Source of the DNA: Spirochaetia bacterium
GTDB taxonomy: Bacteria; Spirochaetota; Spirochaetia; WTKD01; G963693115
Assembly (NCBI GenBank): GCA_965226055.1
Contig: CBDDCA010000005.1
Location: 160,001-224,000, forward strand
Reading direction: 5' to 3'
Length of the DNA: 64,000 nucleotides
Shown: positions 32,272-41,880 of the stretch, piece by piece
Layout of the letters: each line of letters starts with the position of its first letter
How positions within the stretch are numbered: the first letter of the stretch is position 1
Notes under the pieces: model-generated
Told to the model about the DNA's origin: nothing
Seen by the model: only the letters and a program-made list of their open reading frames with translations
Databases searched by the model: none
Made by a program: the position numbers and the translations under genes

Positions 32272-33582
32272 ATGATTGATATAAAACTAATAGTAGAAAA
32301 AAAAGAAGAGTACATACATTCAATTAAAGCACGTCATCTCAATGTTGATATATCTGATATTGATATATTATACGAAAAAAAGAATACGTTACAAAAAAAT
32401 CTTGAGAAATTACAAGAAGAACGTAATAAAACAGCAAAAAAATTATCAGCTCCCCTTGATGCACAACAACGTAGCACACTTGTAGAAAAAGGCAAACAAT
32501 TAAAAAAAGATATTACAAGCATTGAAGAAGAGTACAAACAATGTAATACACAACTTATACAGCTTGCAGAAAGTGTTCCTAATCTTTTTCATCCTGATAT
32601 TCCTGTAGGAAAAGAAGAACACGACTCTCTTGTAATACGAAAAGAAGGAATTATTCCACAATTTAATTTCAAAGCAAAAGATCATGTACAGTTAGGTACA
32701 GAACTTGATATTATTGATTTTGATACAGCTGCAGAAGTAAGTGGAGTAAAATTTTACTATCTTAAAAATCAAGCTGTATTACTTGAATTAGCATTATTAC
32801 GCTTTGGTATTGATATATTACAAAAACATGGCTTTAGTATTTTTCAAACCCCTGACATTGCAAAATTAAGTGTTATTTCTAAACTTGGATTTCAACCTCG
32901 AGGTGCTGAGAGTAATATTTATAAGCTAGAAGATGAAGAAACAGGATTAGTGGGAACTGCAGAAATTACCCTTGGAGGGTATCTAATGAATTCAATCATA
33001 CAAGAACAGCAACTTCCTATAAAGTATGCAGGTATTTCCCATTGTTTTAGAAAAGAAGCAGGAGCTGCAGGACAGTACTCTAAAGGGCTGTATCGTGTTC
33101 ATCAATTTACAAAACTAGAAATGTTTACATTTTGTCATCCACAACAATCTGAGACAATGCACAGTGAATTACTTGCCATTGAAGAAGAGATATACACGCT
33201 ATTAGAAATTCCTTATAGAGTAGTTGACACTTGTACTGGTGACTTAGGCAACCCTGCATATAGAAAATTTGATATTGAAGCATGGATGCCTGGTCGTGGA
33301 AATGCAGGAGAATACGGAGAAATCACCAGTGCTTCTAACTGTACTGACTATCAAGCACAACGCTTAAATATTCGTGTACATTCACCAGAAAAGAAGAAAA
33401 AATACTTTCCTCATATGCTTAATGGCACTGCCATTGCTATTTCTCGTGCCCTCGTAGCGTTACTTGAAAATAACCAACAATCTGATAGCTCTATCCTTGT
33501 TCCACAAGCATTACAAGCATACTGTGGGTTCTCAAGCATACCTTGCCTATCATCTAGCACCAATGAAACAATCACTTCATAA
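32272..33582 (+). CDS. serS: Serine--tRNA ligase
   Basis: N-terminal coiled coil, GTAE, FRKEAG, GLYRVHQF.K.E, EITSASNC.DYQ, LNGT. Confidence 0.98.
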   Translation: MIDIKLIVEKKEEYIHSIKARHLNVDISDIDILYEKKNTLQKNLEKLQEERNKTAKKLSAPLDAQQRSTLVEKGKQLKKDITSIEEEYKQCNTQLIQLAESVPNLFHPDIPVGKEEHDSLVIRKEGIIPQFNFKAKDHVQLGTELDIIDFDTAAEVSGVKFYYLKNQAVLLELALLRFGIDILQKHGFSIFQTPDIAKLSVISKLGFQPRGAESNIYKLEDEETGLVGTAEITLGGYLMNSIIQEQQLPIKYAGISHCFRKEAGAAGQYSKGLYRVHQFTKLEMFTFCHPQQSETMHSELLAIEEEIYTLLEIPYRVVDTCTGDLGNPAYRKFDIEAWMPGRGNAGEYGEITSASNCTDYQAQRLNIRVHSPEKKKKYFPHMLNGTAIAISRALVALLENNQQSDSSILVPQALQAYCGFSSIPCLSSSTNETITS

Positions 33583-33590
33583 TACGCCCT

Positions 33591-34685
33591 ATGCAATTTA
33601 TTGCTGAAATAGGGTCTGCACACGCAGGGTCTCTTTCACAAGCGAAAGAACATATTATAGCAGCAAAAGAAAGTGGTGCTACTACTGCAAAATTTCAATG
33701 GATTATCGCAGACGAAATTGTAAGTGATACTGTTGGGGATATGCATTTTGGTAACACAACATTTAATTTACATCATACATTCAAGCAAGTAGAAAAAGAT
33801 ATTGAATTTTATCAACAGCTAAAAGAGTACACAGAAAACCTTGACTTACAATTTCTCTGCTCTGTGTTTGGAATACAATCACTTCATCAATATCTACAAC
33901 TAGAACCGTCAATCATTAAAATTGCATCTCCAGAAATCAATCATATTCCACTGTTACAAGAAATTTCAAAAAATAACGCAAGCATATTACTTTCTACTGG
34001 ACTTGCAACACTTATTGATATACAAATATGCCTTGATATTCTCATACAAAAAAACACAACTATAGAACATAACAATAGACACAACAGTACTCCACATACT
34101 GTACAGTTACTCCATTGTGTAACAGCCTATCCTGCCAACTATAATGAGTACAACCTCTCTTTATTGCACACGTATCAGCAATTTTTTACTGATACTGTAG
34201 GTATTTCTGATCATAGTAATTCTATAGCATTACTTGCTGCTACCTCATTGCTGTTTGGATCTAGTATCATTGAAAAGCATTTTTGCATAACAAAAACAAC
34301 ACATAACATAGATAATACAGTAGCATTATCTCCTCAACAGTTTTCTACTATGGTACAAGCATGCAAACAAATAGAAACATTGCTCAACAATACATCCAAC
34401 AGTATAGATACTTCTCATTCCTCTATCACGCAAGATATAGTGCTATTTCTCAGGGATATTGCAGAACAAGAGCATCATCAATTTGATGTACAATCACTTC
34501 TCAAAGCAACAGATTGGCAAAGCCCTGCACTGCTTGATATATACTATAGTTCCCGTAGAAGTGTATTTTCAAAACAACATAGCAAAAAACCTTCCTCTAT
34601 CTCGCTTGATGATATTGTAATCTTACGAAGTGAAAAAAATATCCAACCTGGCATTCCTGCCGAGTACTTACAATACATAGACTAG
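33591..34685 (+). CDS. NeuB/SpsE-family nonulosonate synthase, C-terminal SAF domain apparently short
   Basis: FIAEIG..H.G, AKFQ, KIASPE, LLSTG, LLHCVTAYP, GISDH, IIEKHF. Confidence 0.85.
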   Translation: MQFIAEIGSAHAGSLSQAKEHIIAAKESGATTAKFQWIIADEIVSDTVGDMHFGNTTFNLHHTFKQVEKDIEFYQQLKEYTENLDLQFLCSVFGIQSLHQYLQLEPSIIKIASPEINHIPLLQEISKNNASILLSTGLATLIDIQICLDILIQKNTTIEHNNRHNSTPHTVQLLHCVTAYPANYNEYNLSLLHTYQQFFTDTVGISDHSNSIALLAATSLLFGSSIIEKHFCITKTTHNIDNTVALSPQQFSTMVQACKQIETLLNNTSNSIDTSHSSITQDIVLFLRDIAEQEHHQFDVQSLLKATDWQSPALLDIYYSSRRSVFSKQHSKKPSSISLDDIVILRSEKNIQPGIPAEYLQYID

Positions 34686-34721
34686 CTATAGAGTAAGGAG
34701 CAGGAATGGATAAGCAAAATT

Positions 34722-34804
34722 AGCCTAAGCAAAGCTCCTTTGTCCAATAGGTATAGCTTAGTGAAATTAAGATTTTTCACACTTAGGTTAGCTTTGCTTA
34801 GGCT
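34722..34804. repeat. Perfect 15-bp inverted repeat enclosing a smaller hairpin
   Basis: AGCCTAAGCAAAGCT (34722-34736) / AGCTTTGCTTAGGCT (34790-34804); inner GTGAAA/TTTCAC. Confidence 0.85.
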
Positions 34805-34841
34805 CTATAGCAAGAAAGGAAATACTCCTTTCTTGCTATAG
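34805..34841. terminator. 16-bp perfect hairpin between convergent genes (possible bidirectional terminator)
   Basis: CTATAGCAAGAAAGGA-aatac-TCCTTTCTTGCTATAG, about 20 nt past the stop of the large lipoprotein; no clear U-tract. Confidence 0.6.
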
Positions 34842-34860
34842 GCATATTTCTATGTATCTA

Positions 34861-37800
34861 CTATGATGTACACTCTGGATCATCTCTATCCTTTGGGTAC
34901 TGTGCTGTTTTGCCAGCCATAGCTGAACCTGAGAAATCACCAGAATCTAATGTTAGGCTACACAATTTCCATGATGATAAGTTTTGATCAAATTTAGAAG
35001 CATCCTCAAATGCAAATCCAAATCCAAATCCAGTAACACTCCTTAATTTCCAGCTTACTATGTTTTTATTAAAAGCACTTGCTTTATAAAATATATAGGA
35101 AATATCAGTTACTTTCTCTACATTCCAACCTCCTATATCTTGATTAAAAGCAATAGCACTACTAAACATCCTATGCATACTGGTAACTTTTCCTGTATTC
35201 CAACCTCCTATGTCTTGATTAAAAATAGTAGCCTTCCTAAATACATTTTCCATACTAGTAACTTTTCCTGTATTCCAACCTCCTATGTCTTGATTAAAGG
35301 CATTCGCTTCAAAAAACATAGCATCTATATCCTCTACATTACTGGTATTCCATCGTGTTATGTCTCCATTAAAAGTACTATCATTCTGAAATAACTGACT
35401 CATATCGGTAATAACACTCGTATCTATCATGTTGAGGTTGGGACTAGGGTTGCTACTCTTCCCTCCTGTAGCTTGCCTTGTTTTTTCTTCACTGATAATA
35501 GTTTGTAGTGCTTTCTTTGTTGTTGGTCTATAATAGGTAGCTGCTTTTCCTGATGGTGCTGCTCTTAGCTCTGTCTGTATAACGATAGTGGCTAGTATTT
35601 TTTTCTTTGATGCAGTAAGGGTACACTGTACTACATCATAGCTATATTCAGTAATAGCTGTGTCTCGTATATTGGACTTATCTGCTATGCCTGTTATAGT
35701 AACTGTTTTGCTACTCTGATCAAACGATACTGCTAGCCCTGTTTCTTTTTTGATTTTCTTTGCATCTGCTTCTAGTATGTTTGCATCACAGGTAAAGGCA
35801 TTGCCACTGGGTGTGCTTGCTAATACTCTTGTAGTATTTATTGCTGGCGTTTTGCCTACTTCTGCTGAAACTATTGTAGTGTTTCCTATAGATATTGCGC
35901 TTGTTTCAAACTCGTAGCGTTCTCCTGTTGATGCTTTTGTAGGATCAGTGCTGTTTACTGCTTGTACAACTATTTCGTAGGTCGTTCCGTTTGTCAATCC
36001 TGTCAGGGTAGTGTTTGTTGTTCCTGCTGCTACTGTTGTGGGGCTTGAATCTGCTTGTTTTATCGCTGCTACATTTCTTGCACTGCCACTCTTGGCTACT
36101 TTGTATACTTTGTACGATACTTGTGCTGCTGTTAGGGTAGCTCCTGTATTTGTTTTGTGGCTTGCACTGAGGCTGGGGGCTGTCCACGATACTCTCATGC
36201 CGCCTGTCTGGGCTACTCTTGTCTGTATGCTTGTTACTTCTGCGGGGGCTGTTGCTTGCGATGCGGTTGTTACGCTTGCTACTGTTGAGGATGCTACTTT
36301 CTTGCTAGGGTCTGTTTTTATTGCTACCTCTACCACAAAGTAATACTTTGTCGCTCCTTTTATTGCTACTACTGGTGCTGTGTCTGAAGATAAGCCTAAA
36401 CTGGCAAGGGCTGGTACTGTGTACACTCCGCTACTTGCACTGCCTAGGTTTATCTTTCTGCCTGCAAGTACTTCTGCTACTGTAGGGTCAGTGTCTTTCT
36501 GTAAGCCATACACTGTGTATACTAGCTGATTGCTTGCTGTTATGTTTGTGCCATCGTAGTCTTTTGCTCCTGTAAATGTATTTAGCTCGGTAAGTACCAG
36601 CTTTATTGTGCCTGCTGTGTTTGTTGACGGTGATACTACTAGCTTTCCTGTCAGTAATGACTGGCTGGGTGCTACTGCTTTGGAAGTATAGATTTCCTTT
36701 ATTTCTGTTACATCGGTGTAAAAGCCTGCAGGAAAGAGCTTGTCGCTATTTGTTGCATCGTAATTGGATGATGTTGTGTTTACTATCCTCACTCCTATGT
36801 AGTAATCTTTTGCTGTTTCTATGGGCGTTGCTCCTGCACTGCTTCCACTGGTGCTGTCTACTATTGCTATGGATATTGTGTCTTGAGTTGTTCCTGTTGC
36901 TTTTGTGTATTTTGCTACTTTTACACTGCTTTTCTCTGTTGCCCATAAAGCCGATACGCTGGCAGGCTTTCCTGTGGTATCTTCTTTCTTGAGGTATAGC
37001 ACATAGTACGCAAGGTCTGTCGCTTCAAGGGCATTGCCATTTGCCTTGCTCACTCCTGCTATGTCTGAGGCATTTACTTGTACTGTTATTACTTTTTTCC
37101 CTCTATTGCTTCCTGTTGTAGGCACTGCAAATACCACTGCATTACTGTTAGTGTAGGTTGTTACTTTTGGTGTGCTTGGGGGAGCGGTAAGAGTTGCTTT
37201 CTTTATTGTTACTGATGCTCCTATGCTATACGAGGGATTAAGGCTGTTTATCGCTTCTACTCCTGCGGTATAGTCTGCTCCTTTCGTTCCTATAAATGTT
37301 GCTTTTAATGGGTTGCTGTTTCCTGCTAGCTCCCGTGTTTGTACTCCTGCAAGGGCTTTTATTTCGTCTAGTGTCTTTGTGCTATGGTCTCCTGCTGCTA
37401 TGTATACTTTGTACTGTATTTGTGCCTGTGTGAGTTTGCTTCCACTGGGAGCTTTGTTATCATTAGTAATAGTACCTGCACTAAATGTATAGACTGCTGT
37501 TGCAGTTGTTTGGGTTACTGACTCTACGGTGAGCTTTGCATCTTTTGCAGCGGGCGGTGCTGTCGAGGTGCTATCGTATACTGCTACTGCATCAGCAAGT
37601 GCGGTTACGGGGCTTACTCTGTTATTTGCTATTTGCAGAAAATCAAAGCGATAATTCTTGGCATTTGCTTGGCTCTTGGGTACTTCTACGCCATCTGCTA
37701 TCCCAAAGCTAATGGTGGTTGCTGTTCTTGTTATGCTTTTTTCTGCTATTAAGGTAGCTCCCTCTTTCATACGCAAAGTGTAGTATCGCCCTATGCCTGG

Positions 37801-39689
37801 AGCTTGCTTAAAAGTTGCTTTTATTTGTATAGCTCCTGTTTTGTCAAGGGTAGGCTTGCTTTGAAAGAGATCTTCTGAGGGGGCTGTGAGTGAGTTGGGG
37901 GTGGTTATGTCTTTTGTTGCTTGACTACTTTTGTTTTCTGAGTAATCAAGCGTGAGTATTGTTATGGTATATGTTTTTCCTTGCACAAGTTCTTCTACAG
38001 AGAGTGACTTTGTGGGATAGGGTATTTTCTTCTCGCTCAGTACTGCAGTGCTTGTGCCTTTCTCTGCTATGCTTATGCTGTATTCTTTTATGTCCTTGTT
38101 ATTGGCTTTTGTTGTATCGGGTGCTGTCCATGTTATCTGCGTGCCTATCTTTGCTGCTGATACAAAGGGATAGCTTGCTTGTATGCTTGTTACTGCATCG
38201 GGGGCGGTGCCATCATCTACTGTGGTGGTGGTTGCTGTTATTTTTGCTCCTTTGTTGCCTGTGTAATCTTGTGACTGTACTGCTATGCTGTACTCGGTAG
38301 TGGCTTTGAGGCCTGTTATCTGCGTGTTTCTTAGTGTTCTCTCTGTTATTGTTACTGTCTTTGCTGCTGTTGTGCTGTCCTTTTCTGTTGCTGTTATAGT
38401 CACTCCTGCATAATCTCGTACATCGGGGGCTTGCCAGCCTACTACTATGCTTGTTGCTCCTCCTATGGCACTTACATTGCTTACAGGCTCTGTGCTTTTG
38501 TCTGTTGTTGCTTGTTCTTTTGACACTGCAGTGGAGTACTTTCCGTTTTTAAAAACATACACTTCTACTTTGTACGTAAGCGTGCCGTAGAGTTTTGTGA
38601 GTGCTATGCCATCTTTTGCTACATACACAGTGGCGTACTCTCTGTTGTCTGCACTTGCTCCGCTGACATTGGTTGTACTTGTATCTTTGTCTATTGTTTC
38701 TTCTGCTACTACTGTATTGGTTGCGGTTGCTGTTACTCGTACTTGCAGGCTTTTGTCTGTAAAAGTAAAGCTCCCCCACTTGATAAGCAGGCTTTCATCG
38801 GCTGGGCTATTGCTTTTATCGTTTGCTGTTACTGTAAGGTTTGCCTCTGGCAGTGGCGTTACTGTTTGTGAGAGTGCTGATGGCACTATGCCTCTGAGTG
38901 CTTGCTTTGCCGTGCTTTTGTTACCGTTGCTATCTTTGTATACTACTACTATATCATAGCTGATGCCATCTATAGTGGGGACAGCAATGCTCACCTCTCC
39001 TTGTGTTACATCTTGTACTGATACTTCTGTCTTTACATTAGTAGTTTTTTCTATCACCTGTATTGTGGCTTCGGCTATGTCTGTCTTGCCTGACGAGAGC
39101 AGTGCTTTGTCCCATGTTAGCTTTATACTATCGTTTTGTGCTTTCTCTACTGCTACCCGTGTAAAAGTGTCCTGTGGTGCAGTTTCATCGGTAAGTGTTG
39201 TCACAGAGCGTGTTGTTTTTGGTGATATTTCTGTGTCTGAGCCTGTGTCTGATTTTTGGGCTTCTATCTCTACAGTATAATCGGTAGTAGCATGCAAGCC
39301 TCTGAGTGTGTAGGGTCTGTTTTGTTGAAACAATGCACGATATTCTATTGCAGGAACACGCACTTCTATTGATTGTGCTGGTGTCGTTGAAGTTGCTTTT
39401 ACAACTACATGTGTGGCTTCGCTGGGAGCTTGCCAGCGTAACGAGAGCGTCCCATCGTTGCCTGCTACTTGTATCTGCACATTGGACACTGATGCGAGTG
39501 TCGGGGTCACTGGTGTTCCCCCTCCGCCTGAGGAACTGCTACTGCTCTCTGCACATCCTACGAGTACGAGGGTAGTCATTGCTAGCACTGCTAGTATAGT
39601 TAGATTTTGCTTATATCGAGAGTGTACCCCCCCCCCCCCCCGATTTTTTTCAGGCTGTGAAGTTCCTTACTCAACCACATTTTTTTCAT
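34861..39689 (-). CDS. Large surface lipoprotein (FN3-like stalk + C-terminal DUF285/BspA-like tip), frameshifted at a G15 tract after the ATG
   Basis: AAGGAG RBS + ATG 39689; main ORF 34861..39588 with lipobox LVGC; FN3-like W.AP...L..GT.Y...V motifs; FNQDIGGWNT..V..M repeats. Confidence 0.88.
35176..35298 (-). repeat. 75-bp-period DUF285 repeat, 47/48 identical
   Basis: CATACT(G/A)GTAACTTTTCCTGTATTCCAACCTCCTATGTCTTGATTAAA at 35176-35223 and 35251-35298. Confidence 0.85.
39627..39641 (-). repeat. G15 homopolymer (C15 on +), candidate slipped-strand switch
   Basis: 15 consecutive C in an AT-rich genome, within the 5' coding region of a surface lipoprotein. Confidence 0.92.
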
Positions 39690-39749
39690 AATGTTCTCCT
39701 TAATTATTATCTATATTGTGTGTTTATCATTACACAATGAACAACTATT

Positions 39750-39760
39750 ATTATAACACA
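39750..39760 (-). promoter_or_regulatory. Extended -10 promoter of the large lipoprotein gene
   Basis: Minus strand reads TGTG-T-TATAAT about 60 nt upstream of ATG 39689; no good -35. Confidence 0.55.
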
Positions 39761-39846
39761 AATACTATTTTTTTGTGGCATCCTGCAAAAAGAAAAAATA
39801 CATAAAATAAGGCGTACACATATATTACTTTTAGCACTAGAAACTA

Positions 39847-40764
39847 TTACAGAGTCATGGGTAATAAAGATCTATATGAAGATAGTCGTTTTTCTGCCAA
39901 ATCAATATATTCTTTACAAGTGTCAAATCCAACAAAATTTCTATTTGATGTAAGAGCTGCTATACCAGTAGTACCACTTCCTATAAATGGATCAAGAATT
40001 ATATCATTTGTAAAAGAAAATAATTGAATAAGTCTAAATGGTAACTCAACAGGAAATGGAGCAGGATGACCTACTCGTCTTGCCGATTCTGCATTAAAAG
40101 TCCATATTGATTTTGTCCAATCAATAAAATTTTGCTTCAAAATAGTATTTTGTTTTCTCCCTTTCTCTTCCTGTGTCCGTTCACGTTTATATTCCCCCTT
40201 AGAAAAAATAAGAATATACTCATGAGTATCTCTTAATGTAGGATTAGATGCTGACATCCAACTCCCCCATGCAGTAGAAGAACTAGCACTAGCTGCCTTA
40301 TTCCAAATAATCTCCCCTCTCATATTAAAGCCTATATCTATCATAATGGTAGAAATATAATCACTAAGAGGAATATATGGTTTTCTCCCTACATTTGCTA
40401 TGTTAATACAAGCTCTACCTCCATTAACAAGAACTCTATATGTTTCCTTAAAAACATTACTAAGCATATGGAGATACTCCTGTAATGATAAATCTTCATC
40501 ATATTCTTTAGAAACATTATAAGGAGGAGAAGTAACCATAAGATGCAATGAATTATCAGGAATAACAGACATATCCTCAGCATTTCCTACAATGTTTGTA
40601 TTCAATAAATGATCAGGAAAATCATTTACTTCATAAGATGCTATCGTATGTGCCACATTTTCGTATAACTTTGAATTATAGAAAGGGGTAGAATTATGAT
40701 TGACTCTCCCTTTTACTCCAAACGAACTTGTAGCTGTATTGGTAGTAGAAGTATATTTACTCAT
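39847..40764 (-). CDS. Orphan beta-class amino-DNA methyltransferase (probably N4-cytosine)
   Basis: TSPPY (motif IV) precedes HPAPFP and LDPFIGSGTT (motif I); GAGGT RBS. Confidence 0.93.
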   Translation of the reverse strand: MSKYTSTTNTATSSFGVKGRVNHNSTPFYNSKLYENVAHTIASYEVNDFPDHLLNTNIVGNAEDMSVIPDNSLHLMVTSPPYNVSKEYDEDLSLQEYLHMLSNVFKETYRVLVNGGRACINIANVGRKPYIPLSDYISTIMIDIGFNMRGEIIWNKAASASSSTAWGSWMSASNPTLRDTHEYILIFSKGEYKRERTQEEKGRKQNTILKQNFIDWTKSIWTFNAESARRVGHPAPFPVELPFRLIQLFSFTNDIILDPFIGSGTTGIAALTSNRNFVGFDTCKEYIDLAEKRLSSYRSLLPMTL

Positions 40765-40881
40765 TAGATACCTCTTTCAACAATGAAAAATTTTTATTCA
40801 TCATTAATGTTCTTGCATGATCCACAGTATCTCCTTTTCATAAAAACATATCCGCTACTATTCATCCCTCAATAAAATATA

Positions 40882-41484
40882 TTACAGTACAAAAGCTCCT
40901 TTGATTTGCATATTGTGTATTGCTTTCTCCTCATCACCTTCCTTTAGGTTCACTGCCTTACATGCCTGCTTAAGCAATCCAACCCTATAGCCTAGCTCTA
41001 ATGCATCTATTACAGTAAAATACACACAATAATCAGTAGCTAATCCACATACATGCAGTTCTTGTATCTTATGAGAACGAAGCACATCGTCTAGCTCTGT
41101 TTTATTGCGATAAGTATCAAAAAAAGCGCTATAACTATCAATATCAGAATTAGCACCTTTCTTAAGATAATAATCTATTGTATGTCCATGCTGTGCTATC
41201 TCTCTATGAAGCTCTGCACCATAGGTCTCTTGTACACAATGATCTGGCCATACTATTTGTGGTACATCATGTTCTACTATAATAGTATCTCCGATCTTTT
41301 TTCCATGTCTTGATGCAAAGCTTATATGGTGTTCTGGATGCCAATCCATTGTTGCTACAATAAAGTCATATGTTTCCATATACTGTGTTATCTTTGGAAC
41401 TATCTCATTTGATTGTGGTACTGCCAAAGCCCCACCTTCTAAAAAATCATGTTGTACATCAACTATAATAAGTGCTGTGTTCAT
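40882..41484 (-). CDS. pncA: Nicotinamidase/pyrazinamidase
   Basis: IIVDVQ.DF..GG.L, DWHP..H.SF, WPDHCVQ, DSYSAF, GLATDYCV; likely start ATG 41484. Confidence 0.96.
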   Translation of the reverse strand: MNTALIIVDVQHDFLEGGALAVPQSNEIVPKITQYMETYDFIVATMDWHPEHHISFASRHGKKIGDTIIVEHDVPQIVWPDHCVQETYGAELHREIAQHGHTIDYYLKKGANSDIDSYSAFFDTYRNKTELDDVLRSHKIQELHVCGLATDYCVYFTVIDALELGYRVGLLKQACKAVNLKEGDEEKAIHNMQIKGAFVL

Positions 41485-41583
41485 GATTTTATTATACACA
41501 AGTATATAAAATCATGTATAATAGAATTATTAGTATGTGGCTACTATCACATACTACCATAACTATATGAATATTCATTAGTA

Positions 41584-41877
41584 ATGAATATATATAGCTA
41601 TAAGACTTACAAGAAGGAAACTATACATATGAGCATTCCTCATAAAGATGCATTACAATTTTTAATGTTACATAATTTCTCAAAAGAAGAAATTTCTCAG
41701 ATTATGACAGCGGTAAAGCAGTTATTTCCAGAAAAAATAAAAAACAAAACACTCATATTTTCTACCACAACTGAACAATCCAAGAAAATGACAGTACAAG
41801 ATCTTATAGAAGACATGAGCGAAGATCACCTCTATCTTTTACAAAACCCACCAAACAAAGAGAACAGTACCTCGTAA
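41584..41877 (+). CDS. DUF3783-like small protein
   Basis: LMLHNFS.EEI..IM..VK...IFS.TT..S....V..LIE....H pattern; true start may be ATG 41629. Confidence 0.6.
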   Translation: MNIYSYKTYKKETIHMSIPHKDALQFLMLHNFSKEEISQIMTAVKQLFPEKIKNKTLIFSTTTEQSKKMTVQDLIEDMSEDHLYLLQNPPNKENSTS

Positions 41878-41880
41878 TAT

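Noticed and set aside
34805-35400. Diversity-generating retroelement target (C-terminal repeats plus downstream hairpin)
   Set aside because: No reverse transcriptase or template repeat in the window; the repeats are in-frame 75-bp DUF285 units without an adenine-specific mismatch pattern
35140-39691. Cys/Leu-rich + strand ORFs and short alternative-frame ORFs
   Set aside because: By-products of ACA/GCA/AGC-rich codon usage in the large lipoprotein gene
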